From Dehalococcoidia bacterium (GTDB taxonomy: Bacteria > Chloroflexota > Dehalococcoidia > Lucifugimonadales > UBA3495), in assembly GCA_034420475.1 (NCBI GenBank), contig DAOULH010000025.1:65593-129592 (forward strand): 64,000 bases of DNA, in the 5' to 3' direction. The notes under the pieces were generated by a model. That model did not search any database and was not told where the DNA came from. It saw nothing but the letters and a program-made list of their open reading frames with translations. The position numbers and the translations under genes are program-made. Shown here piece by piece: positions 52,821-62,219 of this stretch. Numbering within the stretch: the first letter of the stretch is position 1; each line of letters opens with the position of its first letter.

Positions 52821-53738
52821 TCAAGGGCGGTCCACCGCCGTGAACCGTTCCAGCTGATCGATCATTTGCTCAGGCGTAGCGGCCCTGGGTTCTATCACGA
52901 GATAATCGAGGCCGGCCTGGGCGTACTCCGCCACGTCGCCGGCTACCTGCTCCGCCGAGCCTCGCAGCGGAGTTCGTGACGCGCCGGTGAAAGCGTCGTC
53001 GGTGACATCCAGACCGGCGCGCAGCGAGATGGTGAAACCCTCCATGCTCGTGCCACGAGGCGCGCGCAGTTCGCCGATGCGACGAGCCACCCGTGAAACG
53101 TCCTGCGGGCTTTGACGGACGCCGTGCCACCCGTCGGCCAGGTTGGCCGCGCGACGCAGCGCCGGCGGGCTGATGCCGCCCGTCCAGATTGGCGGATGGG
53201 GTTGGGAAACGGGCATGGGCGCCATGCTCAGGCCGGCGACGCTGTAGTGTTCTCCACTAACGTCAGGGGCAGGATTGGTCCAGTAGGCTTTCAGCATTTC
53301 GATGTGCTCATCGGTAACGTCGCCGCGGGCGTCAAATTTGGCGTCCAACGCATCGAACTCCTCGGCCATCCAGCCGACGCCGGCGCCGACGATGAGCCGG
53401 CCGTTGGAGATCACATCCAGCGTGCCCAGCATCTTGGCGTTGAGCACGGGATGGCGGTAGGGCAGCACCAGCACGCTGAAACCGAGATGCAGGCGCGTGG
53501 TGACCGCCGCCAGGTAGGCCAGGGTCGTGACCGGTTCCAGGATGCGGTCGGCGGCCGTCAGCGGGAACTTGCCGTCGCTGCGATAGGGGTACGCCGAACG
53601 GAGGTGCCTGGGGATGGCGATGTGGTCGCTGAGGAACACTCCGTCGTAGCCCAGACGCTCGGCGTGTCGGGCGATGCGGGCCAGCGATTCGATGTGGGCC
53701 AGGGGGCCGACGTTGGGCAGGATCACGCCGTATTTCAT
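52821..53738 (-). CDS. LLM-class (luciferase-like) F420-dependent oxidoreductase
   Basis: MKYGVILPNVGPLA...LGYDGVFLSDH...; ATG at 53738 is chosen over the ORF-track 53789. Confidence 0.85.
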   Translation of the reverse strand: MKYGVILPNVGPLAHIESLARIARHAERLGYDGVFLSDHIAIPRHLRSAYPYRSDGKFPLTAADRILEPVTTLAYLAAVTTRLHLGFSVLVLPYRHPVLNAKMLGTLDVISNGRLIVGAGVGWMAEEFDALDAKFDARGDVTDEHIEMLKAYWTNPAPDVSGEHYSVAGLSMAPMPVSQPHPPIWTGGISPPALRRAANLADGWHGVRQSPQDVSRVARRIGELRAPRGTSMEGFTISLRAGLDVTDDAFTGASRTPLRGSAEQVAGDVAEYAQAGLDYLVIEPRAATPEQMIDQLERFTAVDRP

Positions 53739-53896
53739 ACTCAAAACCTCGGGCCGGGAGGCTCGCCCGGCGACAGTTTCAGTTGACACTCCGCCGAACC
53801 CGATGCTAGCATAATCAACCGCCGGATCGGGCGATTCCCGCCGGCGTTAACGGGGCGGCGCCCCGTCGCCAAGCCCCTCACCAAGGAGTACTACAG

Positions 53897-55033
53897 ATGG
53901 CCGACCAGCCTGAACTGCACCGCGGTTTGATGAACGTGTACATGGACACGACGGAGTCCAGTTTCATCGACGGCGAAATCGGAAAACTGCTCTATCGTGG
54001 CTACGACATCCACGATCTGGCCGAGAAGTCCACCTTTGAGGAAATCATTCACCTGGTGCTCTACGGAGAGTTGCCGACGCAAGCGGAGCTGGCGGAAACG
54101 GACGGCTACCTGCGCGCCAACCGGCGCATCCCCGATGAAATCATCACGGTCATCGACGCGGTGAAGTCGGCCCATCCCATGGATGTGCTCCAGACCGCTC
54201 TCATCGGCATGGCCGCGTTTGACGAAGAATCGGAGGACAACTCCAGGGAAGCCAACGTCCGCAAGGCTTTGCGCCTGACCGCCCAGGCTCCGACCATCGT
54301 TACGGCCCACCATCGTGTCCGGTCCGGCCTGGAGCCGGTTGCGCCCAACCCCGACCTGAACCACGCCGGCAACTTCCTCTATATGCTCTTCAACGAGGTG
54401 CCGGACGAAGAGACCATCTCGCTGATGGACGTGGACTTCATCCTGCACGCCGAGCACGGCGTCAATGCTTCATCCTTCGCGGCCCGGGTTTCCGCCTCCA
54501 CCAACTCGACGCTGCACGCCGCCGTCTCCGGCGCGGTGGGCACGCTGAAGGGCCCGGCCCACGGCGGCGCGGCCGAAGAAGTGATGAAGATGTCGATGGA
54601 GATCGGCAACCCCGAGAACGCGGAGGAATACGCCCGCAACAAGCTGAACAACCGCGAGCGCATCATGGGGTTTGGCCACCGCGTTTACCGGGCTGAGGAC
54701 CCCCGGGCGCGGCATCTGCGCGAACGCTCCCAAGCCCTGGGCGAGAAGCGCGGCGACCCTCGCTGGTTCCAGATCCTGACCCACCTGTCCGAGGACGTGA
54801 TGGCCCCGTACCGTGACCGAGGCATCTACGTCAACGTGGACTTCTATGCCGGCTCCATCTACCATCTGCTGGGCATCCCCTCTGACCTGTTCATCCCCAT
54901 CTTCGCGTTGGGTCGCGTGCCCGGCTGGTCGGCGCAGTGCATCGAGCAGTACGAAAACAACATCCTGCTGCGGCCGCGACTACACTACGTTGGCCCGATG
55001 GACCGGGAGTACGTGCCCATCGAACAGCGGTAG
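53897..55033 (+). CDS. citrate synthase (short, 2-methylcitrate/citrate synthase type)
   Basis: LYRGYDIHDLA, HAEHGVNASSFAARV, GFGHRVYRAEDPRA catalytic motifs; 378 aa. Confidence 0.9.
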   Translation: MADQPELHRGLMNVYMDTTESSFIDGEIGKLLYRGYDIHDLAEKSTFEEIIHLVLYGELPTQAELAETDGYLRANRRIPDEIITVIDAVKSAHPMDVLQTALIGMAAFDEESEDNSREANVRKALRLTAQAPTIVTAHHRVRSGLEPVAPNPDLNHAGNFLYMLFNEVPDEETISLMDVDFILHAEHGVNASSFAARVSASTNSTLHAAVSGAVGTLKGPAHGGAAEEVMKMSMEIGNPENAEEYARNKLNNRERIMGFGHRVYRAEDPRARHLRERSQALGEKRGDPRWFQILTHLSEDVMAPYRDRGIYVNVDFYAGSIYHLLGIPSDLFIPIFALGRVPGWSAQCIEQYENNILLRPRLHYVGPMDREYVPIEQR

Positions 55034-55055
55034 TGCGGGCACGATCTCGAAACGC

Positions 55056-55090
55056 GCCGGGGCGAATGTACATTCGCCCCGGCATTTTTT
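55056..55090 (+). terminator. intrinsic terminator (bidirectionally placed between convergent genes)
   Basis: Perfect 13-bp stem GCCGGGGCGAATG-TA-CATTCGCCCCGGC followed by ATTTTTT. Confidence 0.8.
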
Positions 55091-55109
55091 GGCCGCGTGT
55101 GACACCGCC

Positions 55110-56084
55110 CTACGGGTACACTTCCAAGTTTCCCAGGTGGACCTCGGCGATAATCTCACGCTGGCCGGGAGTCCCGTGAGAGTGCCCGTGCCCGTCGTGA
55201 CCTTGTTCAGGTTGGCTGTCGCCGTGCCCCTGCCCGACGTCCGGGATGGTAACGGTTACCGTGGACTCGACCCTCTGCCCGTCGAATGCCAGTTCGCTGT
55301 GGTCGTTGGTGTTGAGAGACACGCGGATTTCGTGGTCGCCTGGAGCCAACTCCGATATGTGGTACTGCTCCTCAAAAACCCTGCCCAGCTTCACTCCGCC
55401 GACGTAGATATGGGCATGTCCCGCGCCGGGCGTATGGGCCTGGTCCGCCAGCTCCGGGGCGAAGCGGAAGCCTTCCGGCGCGATACGGACGTCCACGCCG
55501 CCATTCGCATCCGGTTCCGCGGTTATGGCGACGCTTACCGGAGTTTCCGACGCGACGAGTTCAGGAGCGTTGGCCCCGTGATGGTCGGCTGACGCTGCGG
55601 CGTTGGCGGCTGCAAAGACATGGAAGTTCAGGGCGAACGCCCCGGCGGTGGCTGCCTCGAAGACAAGCTCGCCCGGATGCCCGGGAGCGACCTCAGCCGT
55701 GAGGTCGTAGCCGTGCAGGTGGATCTCGCCGTCCTCGTCTGACTCAAAGACCAGACGCACGGTGTCCCCCTGGGAAACGCGCAGGTCGTCGCGGGTCGCG
55801 GTGGTCGAGCGGCCGGCGATGGGCAAGTTGATGACCACCGCGCCGGTTGCGGCCCCATTTTCCGTGCTGTTGCCGGAATCTGCATCCTGACTGGACGAAG
55901 CGGCGCCGGCGTGGTGATCGTTTCCTTGCTCGGTCATGGTTTGAGACTCGGTGGCGGGCGGCGCGGTGGTGGGGGCTGGCTGGGCTGCGGAGCCGCAGGC
56001 CAGTGTCGTGAGCAGTGCGGTCAGGGCAATCGCCAGAGCGAGGGCGACGGCCGGCCGGCGAAACACAGGGTGTTGGCGCTGCAT
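55110..56084 (-). CDS. secreted lipoprotein with His-rich motifs (putative metal-binding)
   Basis: ATG at 56084 follows GAGGAGGA; lipobox LTTLACGS. Motifs are EIHLHGYDL, GHAHIYVGG and the C-terminal GHGDSQPEQGHDGHGHSHG. Confidence 0.6.
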   Translation of the reverse strand: MQRQHPVFRRPAVALALAIALTALLTTLACGSAAQPAPTTAPPATESQTMTEQGNDHHAGAASSSQDADSGNSTENGAATGAVVINLPIAGRSTTATRDDLRVSQGDTVRLVFESDEDGEIHLHGYDLTAEVAPGHPGELVFEAATAGAFALNFHVFAAANAAASADHHGANAPELVASETPVSVAITAEPDANGGVDVRIAPEGFRFAPELADQAHTPGAGHAHIYVGGVKLGRVFEEQYHISELAPGDHEIRVSLNTNDHSELAFDGQRVESTVTVTIPDVGQGHGDSQPEQGHDGHGHSHGTPGQREIIAEVHLGNLEVYP

Positions 56085-56182
56085 TGAAGAATCCTCCTCT
56101 GGATTCTCGTGACCGTCGCGCAGCCACACGGCTGCCGCGGACAGGGAGAATGTCAAAAGTGATCGGGACGGGGAAGGAGGAT

Positions 56183-56668
56183 TCAGGCGGCGGGCGGGCG
56201 CAACGCCGGTGGAACGTGCGCACCGGGCGGCGGCCGCAACGCCGCCACAAAACCCGCCAGCGGATTGTCGTGTCGGGCGTGCGAAGGGGGAGAGCGGAGC
56301 GCCTCCGGGGCCGGATGGCAGGGCGCGTTCATCGAGGACAGCATCAATCCCGAGGCGACCGGGCTGAGGAGCACCGTCCCGGCAACGGGCCGTTGGCTGC
56401 CGGTTTCGGAGGCAACGTCATGGGGCGCTGAGTGCGGGTGGGCGCTACCGGTCTGGTAGAAATGATCGTGCTGCACCGGCCAACCGTTCAGGTAGATGTG
56501 GTCATGGTTGTGCGCCCGCTCCACGAAGTGGTGGTCGTCCAAAGGTCCGATGACCGGGAGCGCCAGAGAAAACAGGGCGACGGCCAAGAGGAGCATCCAA
56601 CCCAGTGAGGGCGGAGCTCCCGCCTGGCTCGGCGCCGGCGAAGGCATGGTTGACAAAGCGGAGCGCAT
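56183..56668 (-). CDS. hypothetical His-rich membrane-anchored protein
   Basis: One TM (WMLLLAVALFSLALPVI), then DDHHFVERAHNHDHIYLNGWPVQHDHFYQTGSAHPHSAPHD. Start is uncertain and coding status is only moderately supported. Confidence 0.4.
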   Translation of the reverse strand: MRSALSTMPSPAPSQAGAPPSLGWMLLLAVALFSLALPVIGPLDDHHFVERAHNHDHIYLNGWPVQHDHFYQTGSAHPHSAPHDVASETGSQRPVAGTVLLSPVASGLMLSSMNAPCHPAPEALRSPPSHARHDNPLAGFVAALRPPPGAHVPPALRPPAA

Positions 56669-56675
56669 GTCGGGA

Positions 56676-57161
56676 TCAATCCGCCCGATTTCGCAGCAGA
56701 ACCGTTATGGCAAAGGCCCGGCGAATAGCCGCCGGCGTTGATGTCGTCTGCTCGATTGCCAGTTCGGCCCGGCTGATGATTTGAGATACTAACGACGGGG
56801 AGAAGTTGGACAGAGGGTTGTAGTCGGCTTGGTTACGGTGGCCCTGGGTTTCCACAAAAACGCGGGCAAACTCCTTGATTTCCGTTGGAAAAGGAGCCAT
56901 CACGCTGGCATTGCGGCACTGATTCCTGGCATGAGCGTGCTCCGGCCCCCGATAAGCTTGAAGCCAGGCAGCGACGGTGGCTGCATCGGTGGCGCCGCCC
57001 GGCAATAATTCTGCCGCGTTGGCGCAGACGGCATGAAACATAGCGTAATAAGCAGAACTAACGGCGCGCTTCAGGTGGGTCTGGGCCTGCTCTGGGTTGA
57101 TTTCCTGTAAGGCTGCGTTGAACAGTACCCGCGCTGTAGTGATAAGGTTAGAGGAGGCCAA
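56676..57161 (-). CDS. HEPN-like domain protein
   Basis: AVSSAYYAMFHAVCANAA helix and GHRNQADYNP (R-x-x-A-D-Y) resemble HEPN-family motifs; 14-nt overlap with the upstream small gene. Confidence 0.5.
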   Translation of the reverse strand: MASSNLITTARVLFNAALQEINPEQAQTHLKRAVSSAYYAMFHAVCANAAELLPGGATDAATVAAWLQAYRGPEHAHARNQCRNASVMAPFPTEIKEFARVFVETQGHRNQADYNPLSNFSPSLVSQIISRAELAIEQTTSTPAAIRRAFAITVLLRNRAD

Positions 57162-57471
57162 CGTACCCGCTCCCGACGAGTTGAGGCCACTCTGACCTGG
57201 GTATGAAGCCTTTGGTCAACACCTCAGGGCTGGAGTCTTCACCTAGTTCCGCTGCCAGGAGTCCGAGGAATTGTATGTCCTTGCGGATGTCGATTCTGGA
57301 TATGTCTCCGTCAAATACCATGTACACATGGAGATAAATCTCGCCGTCGCCGTCGTCTCTGGGGACGACGACGATGGGGTCGAACACCATGTCTGGACCG
57401 TACTGCTCGGCCAGGACTTTGGCGACGGCGGCTTTGACCTTCGCGGCGACCGCTGCTTTTACGGTGGTCAT
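57148..57471 (-). CDS. hypothetical protein, translationally coupled to the HEPN-like gene
   Basis: 107-aa ORF with no recognisable nucleotidyltransferase (GS...D.D) motif; overlaps the downstream gene. Confidence 0.45.
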   Translation of the reverse strand: MTTVKAAVAAKVKAAVAKVLAEQYGPDMVFDPIVVVPRDDGDGEIYLHVYMVFDGDISRIDIRKDIQFLGLLAAELGEDSSPEVLTKGFIPRSEWPQLVGSGYVGLL

Positions 57472-57608
57472 GTCGTTGGCCTCCGGTGTACGGGTGGTCG
57501 TCAGCCGAAGCGCAGGAGCGTCGTTGACAGAGGAGCGTCGTTGACAGGTAGATAAAGCATATCAGATAATACCCGGCACCAATGCCAACACACACAGGAG
57601 GCAAAAAG

Positions 57609-59012
57609 ATGGCATCTCAGGACATCGCTTTGATGGCCCATCTGATGCGGCGAGCCGGTTTCGGGGCCACCCGGGACGAATTGGAAGCGCTCGTTGAGAA
57701 AGGGTACGAGGCTACCGTTGAGGAGCTGTTGAACCCGGAGAGCCAGCCGGCTATTGACCGCTACGAACTGGTCCGCTACCAGCCGTGGACCTGGCGCCCG
57801 GGCACTATTCAGGGCATGGGTTCGGCCGAATGGCTGCACTTCATGATCAACACCAAGCGGCCGCTGGAAGAGAAAATGGCGCTGTTCTGGCACCAGATCT
57901 TCGCCACCGGCGTGTCCAAGGTCGACCACTACGACGAGATCACCCGCATGGTCGCCCTGTTCCGCGAGAAGGGCATGGGCAACTACAAGGATCTCCTGCT
58001 GGAGGTCGCCAAGAACCCGGCGATGATCTACTGGCTGGACAACTTTGAGAACCATGCCGACGCCGTCAACGAGAACTGGGGCCGCGAGCTGCTGGAGCTG
58101 TTCAGCATGGGCGTCGGCACCTACACCGAGGTTGACGTTCGCGAGGCTTCCCGCGCCTTCACCGGCTGGACCTTCGAGCCCAAGCTGCCGCGCGGTCCCA
58201 TCGGCCGCCACGACTGGCAGTTCCAGTACCTGTCCGAAGACCATGACGATGGGGAAAAGACCTTCCTCGGCGAGACCGGCAACTTCAACGGCGAGGACAT
58301 CATCAGCATCGTCTGTGAACACCCGGCCACCGCCACGTTCATCGCCCGCCACCTGTACAACTTCTTCGTCGCCGACGAAGCCCAGGTTCCGGCCTGGCAG
58401 GTGACGCCGCCGAAGGATGAGGACGCCATCGACCTGCTGGCCGACACCTTCATCGACTCCGGTTGCGACATGACCGCAGTGCTGCGCGTCCTGTTCAACA
58501 GCGACTTCTTCAAGAACGCGCGCTACGCCCGCCTGAAGAGCCCCGCCGAGGTGGTGGTTGGCACCCTGCGGCTGGTCGGCGGCTACGAGTTCCCCGGCCC
58601 CGGCCTGGGCGAGATGGCCCGCCAGCCCACCTACATGGGCCAGGACCTGCTCAACCCGCCCAGCGTGGAAGGCTGGCACACCGGTGTCGAGTGGATCAAC
58701 AGCGGCTCCCTGATGCGCCGCATCAACTTCACCGCCGACATGGTCAGCGACATCAACCGCCCCGGCATCCGGTCGATGATCAACCGCATGCAGGCGCAAG
58801 GCGACCTTACAGCCGATGCCATGGTGGATAACTGCCTCGACCTGATGGGCCCGCTGGAAGTTGACGCGGACACCCGTCAGGAGCTCGTTGCCCACGCCCA
58901 GACTTCCGGCAACATCTCCTGGGCCACGGATGCCGACGTCAGCGCCTCCGAGGAACGCATCTCCGAAATGCTGCAGCTGATCGTTTCACTGCGCGATTAC
59001 CAGTACGCCTGA
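57609..59012 (+). CDS. DUF1800 domain-containing protein
   Basis: MASQDIALMAHLMRRAGFGATRDELEAL typical DUF1800 start; AGGAGG upstream of the ATG at 57609. Confidence 0.8.
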   Translation: MASQDIALMAHLMRRAGFGATRDELEALVEKGYEATVEELLNPESQPAIDRYELVRYQPWTWRPGTIQGMGSAEWLHFMINTKRPLEEKMALFWHQIFATGVSKVDHYDEITRMVALFREKGMGNYKDLLLEVAKNPAMIYWLDNFENHADAVNENWGRELLELFSMGVGTYTEVDVREASRAFTGWTFEPKLPRGPIGRHDWQFQYLSEDHDDGEKTFLGETGNFNGEDIISIVCEHPATATFIARHLYNFFVADEAQVPAWQVTPPKDEDAIDLLADTFIDSGCDMTAVLRVLFNSDFFKNARYARLKSPAEVVVGTLRLVGGYEFPGPGLGEMARQPTYMGQDLLNPPSVEGWHTGVEWINSGSLMRRINFTADMVSDINRPGIRSMINRMQAQGDLTADAMVDNCLDLMGPLEVDADTRQELVAHAQTSGNISWATDADVSASEERISEMLQLIVSLRDYQYA

Positions 59013-59103
59013 CGAGACCAGTGCGGCGACGCCCGCAACGCGTCGCCGCCAGCACCGTCTCGCAATCCGCGTTGGCGGAACGATATCCACAGGAGCAAGC
59101 AAA

Positions 59104-60231
59104 ATGACCTCTACGAAGAAAGATCCGGTTCTGGTGGTGTTGCAGCTCACCGGCGGCAACGACTACATGAACACCGTCATCCCCCACGCCGAGCCCCTGT
59201 ACCGCGACAAGCGGCCCGTGGTCGGCGTGCCGGACGAGCGCATCCTCAAGCTCAACGACAGCATCGGCTTCCACCCTGAGTTGGCCCCGCTGCGTCGCTT
59301 CTGGGATGCCGGCGACATGGCCATCATTCACGGCGTCGGTTACGCCAACAGCCCCCGCAGCCACTTCCGCAGCATGGACATCTGGCACACCTGTGAGCCG
59401 GACAAGCTGGGAACCGAGGGCTGGCTGGGTCGCGCCACCCGCGACATCGACCCCAACAAGGAAAACGTGGTCACTGCCGTCAGCTTCGGCCCGAGCCTGC
59501 CTCGCGCCCTGGCGCTCCCCGGCGTCCCCGTGGCCTGCGTGGACGACCTGGAGAACTTCGGGATGCTGACCAGCATCCAGGAAGAGATGCAGCGGGACAA
59601 GATCATTGACCGCTTCACCCGCCTGTACTCCCCCACCATCGGCAACGGCTTCGTGATGGACTACCTGGGCCAGACCGGTCTCGACGGCCTCAAGGCTGCC
59701 GACATCCTGAAGGTTGCACCGGAGACGTACAGCAGCACCGTTGAGTATCCGGATACCCCCATCGCCCGCAAGTTGAAGGGCATCTCGCAGGTGCACCAGG
59801 CTGATCTGGGCGCTCGTGTCCTCTACTGCGACCACGGCAGCTTTGACAGCCACTCCAACCAGGTTGGGATGCACGACGGACTGTGGCGGGACGTCTCCGC
59901 CGCGGTCTCGAGTTTCTTCGACGACCTGCGCGAGAACAACGCCAGCGACAACGTCATCCTGATGATGTTCTCCGAGTTCGGCCGCCGCGTTCACGACAAC
60001 GGCAGCGGCACCGACCACGGCGCGGCCGGCCTCGTCATGGTCATGGGCGACCAGATCAAGGGTGGCGAGTACGGCCAGTACCCGTCCTCCAAGCCTGAGG
60101 ACCTGGAACAGGGCGACCTGGTTCCCGGCACCGACTTCCGCGGCGTCTACTCCACCATCCTGGAAGACTGGATGGGCCTGGACGCCAACCCCATCGTCAG
60201 CGGGACCTTCGAGAAAGTCGCGTTTGTCTAG
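59104..60231 (+). CDS. DUF1501 domain-containing protein (sulfatase-fold)
   Basis: VLVVLQLTGGNDYMNTVIP..., FDSHSNQ, GTDHGAAG; the usual partner of DUF1800. Confidence 0.8.
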   Translation: MTSTKKDPVLVVLQLTGGNDYMNTVIPHAEPLYRDKRPVVGVPDERILKLNDSIGFHPELAPLRRFWDAGDMAIIHGVGYANSPRSHFRSMDIWHTCEPDKLGTEGWLGRATRDIDPNKENVVTAVSFGPSLPRALALPGVPVACVDDLENFGMLTSIQEEMQRDKIIDRFTRLYSPTIGNGFVMDYLGQTGLDGLKAADILKVAPETYSSTVEYPDTPIARKLKGISQVHQADLGARVLYCDHGSFDSHSNQVGMHDGLWRDVSAAVSSFFDDLRENNASDNVILMMFSEFGRRVHDNGSGTDHGAAGLVMVMGDQIKGGEYGQYPSSKPEDLEQGDLVPGTDFRGVYSTILEDWMGLDANPIVSGTFEKVAFV

Positions 60232-60382
60232 GGGATCACGGGTTCCGGTCAACCGGACGCGCTGATTGGCAAAACCGACCGGGGCCAGTGGGTTTGAATC
60301 TGCTGGCCCCGCAGTTATGGACGGCCGGGGAAACCTCCGGGACGTACCAACCAAGACACACAGGCAACGAGCAGGTAAAAAT

Positions 60383-61447
60383 ATGCTTACGCAAATAGCC
60401 AAGGGCCGAGTGTACGACTACAGCCACTCGGTGGGCCGGGGCGCCGCGTCCGGCATGGGTTTCAGCCAGCCCACTTCAATGGCCTTTGAAGGGAACACGG
60501 TCTACGTATTGAACCGGGGAATCGAAGGCATTTCCAACGTGCCGTGGAACCGACTCGCCTACGGCGCTCGGGTCAGCATCATCGACCTGGGTGACAATGA
60601 GGGTGACGAAGAGTTCACCGGCGAGTTCGGCAAGTACGGCGACCGGGAAGGCGAGTTCATCTGGCCCTCCGGCATGGTTCTCGCCCCCAACGGCCACATC
60701 TACGTGGCCGACGAATGGATGAACATGGTGTCCGAGTTCGAAAAGGACGGCACCTTCATCAAGCGGTGGAACGCCGTTCCCGCGGACGACGGCAAGGAAC
60801 ACGGCACCTCCAGCCTGGCGGTGGACGCCGACGGCAACCTGTACCTGACCGATGGCCGCAGCCACGAGGTGCGCAAGTTCACCGCCGACGGCGCGTTCGT
60901 CACCGGCTGGGGCTCCCTGGGCGTGGGCGACGGCGAGTTCAACTCCCCGTGGGGCATCACCGTTGACCAGAGCGACGGCTCCGTGTACGTAGCGGACCAC
61001 CGGAACCACCGGGTGCAGAAGTTTACCGCCGACGGCAAATGGCTCATGCAGTTCGGCGAGCCGGGCACCAAGCGCGGCCAGATGCACCTTCCCGTGCAGG
61101 TCACGGTGGATCACACCGGCGATGTCTACGTCGCTGACTGGAGCGACAACGGGATGCACCCGGGCAAGGTCCACGTCTTTGACAAAGACGGGAGTTTCAT
61201 CATCTCGCTCATCGGCGACGCCCAGTGGCTGAGCAAGTGGGCGGACATGACCGTCGTCGCCAATGCCGACTACCTGAAGCGCCGCCGCGAGGTGCCCACC
61301 ACCGAGTCGGAATGGCGGTTTGCATGTCCCACCGACGTCCACTTCGACGAGAGCACCGGCCGTCTAGTGGTGCTGGACGCGCAGCGCAGCCGGCTCCAGA
61401 TCTACAACAAGATGGAAAATTACATGGTTCCCCAGATGAACCTGTGA
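60383..61447 (+). CDS. NHL-repeat beta-propeller protein
   Basis: Repeated G.G.G.F..P.G...D..G..YVAD....RV..F blades; start taken at MLTQIAKG (60383). Confidence 0.75.
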   Translation: MLTQIAKGRVYDYSHSVGRGAASGMGFSQPTSMAFEGNTVYVLNRGIEGISNVPWNRLAYGARVSIIDLGDNEGDEEFTGEFGKYGDREGEFIWPSGMVLAPNGHIYVADEWMNMVSEFEKDGTFIKRWNAVPADDGKEHGTSSLAVDADGNLYLTDGRSHEVRKFTADGAFVTGWGSLGVGDGEFNSPWGITVDQSDGSVYVADHRNHRVQKFTADGKWLMQFGEPGTKRGQMHLPVQVTVDHTGDVYVADWSDNGMHPGKVHVFDKDGSFIISLIGDAQWLSKWADMTVVANADYLKRRREVPTTESEWRFACPTDVHFDESTGRLVVLDAQRSRLQIYNKMENYMVPQMNL

Positions 61448-61453
61448 TGATCC

Positions 61454-61780
61454 GTGATTACCCAGGAGCAGGAACCCGAATACGTTCGGATGGCGGAGGA
61501 GTCTCCCGGTATGCTTTGCCGGGAGGCTCCCCCGGAAATCCTGGAGGCGTGCGCGCTGGACAACGAGCCCACGCCCTTCCTGGAGCAGCTCTTTGAAGCG
61601 GGAATTCGCGCCCACGCTCGCATGGAGCACGGTCGCGAGCTCCCGCAAATGTATGTCAACAACGCCATCCTGGTGCTGTGGCTGAGGTCGTGCCGCCTTT
61701 ACACCAACGGCCTCCTGGGCGTGGCTGACCCCGACCTGGACAAGCAGTTTTTCTCCGGCGCGGATGCAACCCCAGCTTGA
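61454..61780 (+). CDS. hypothetical protein
   Basis: 108-aa ORF starting 7 nt after the NHL gene; no recognisable motif. Confidence 0.35.
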   Translation: MITQEQEPEYVRMAEESPGMLCREAPPEILEACALDNEPTPFLEQLFEAGIRAHARMEHGRELPQMYVNNAILVLWLRSCRLYTNGLLGVADPDLDKQFFSGADATPA

Positions 61781-62219
61781 GTTCAGCGCCGGTCTGACGG
61801 CAACCTGCTGCAGTGCGCTACAATATCTTGAAGGCGCGGCTTACATCGCCATTGTGCTGGCCGTCTTTGGAGTACCGCAGTTGCTGACTTACTACCTTGA
61901 CCGCAGGGACCGTCGCCGCGACCGCCGGGAAGAGCGGGCGGAAACTGAGCGTCTGCGCCAGGAAGAGCGAGCGGAAGCCGAGCGTCTGCGCCAGGAAGAG
62001 CGGGCGGAAGCGGAACGCCGGCACCAGGAGATGATGACTGCGCTGACCGGCACGATAACCGCGCTGACTGCCGTATTGGAGCGGAATGGGCATACTCCGG
62101 CAGATCAATCCGCAGCCATTGAGCGGTTGCAGCGGCGCATTGCGGAACTTGAGGCGGAAATAGCCCTCCTTCGCAACGGCAACAACGGCAGCCCGCCGCA
62201 CGGCTCCACCAGTGAATGA
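61764..62219 (+). CDS. hypothetical membrane-anchored coiled-coil protein
   Basis: One TM (AAYIAIVLAVFGVPQLLTYY), then a charged repeat region and RRIAELEAEIALLR; overlaps both neighbours by a few nt. Confidence 0.45.
   Translation: MQPQLEFSAGLTATCCSALQYLEGAAYIAIVLAVFGVPQLLTYYLDRRDRRRDRREERAETERLRQEERAEAERLRQEERAEAERRHQEMMTALTGTITALTAVLERNGHTPADQSAAIERLQRRIAELEAEIALLRNGNNGSPPHGSTSE
61929..62027 (+). repeat. 33-nt in-frame tandem repeat (3 units)
   Basis: Units encode EERAETERLRQ / EERAEAERLRQ / EERAEAERRHQ. Confidence 0.8.
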
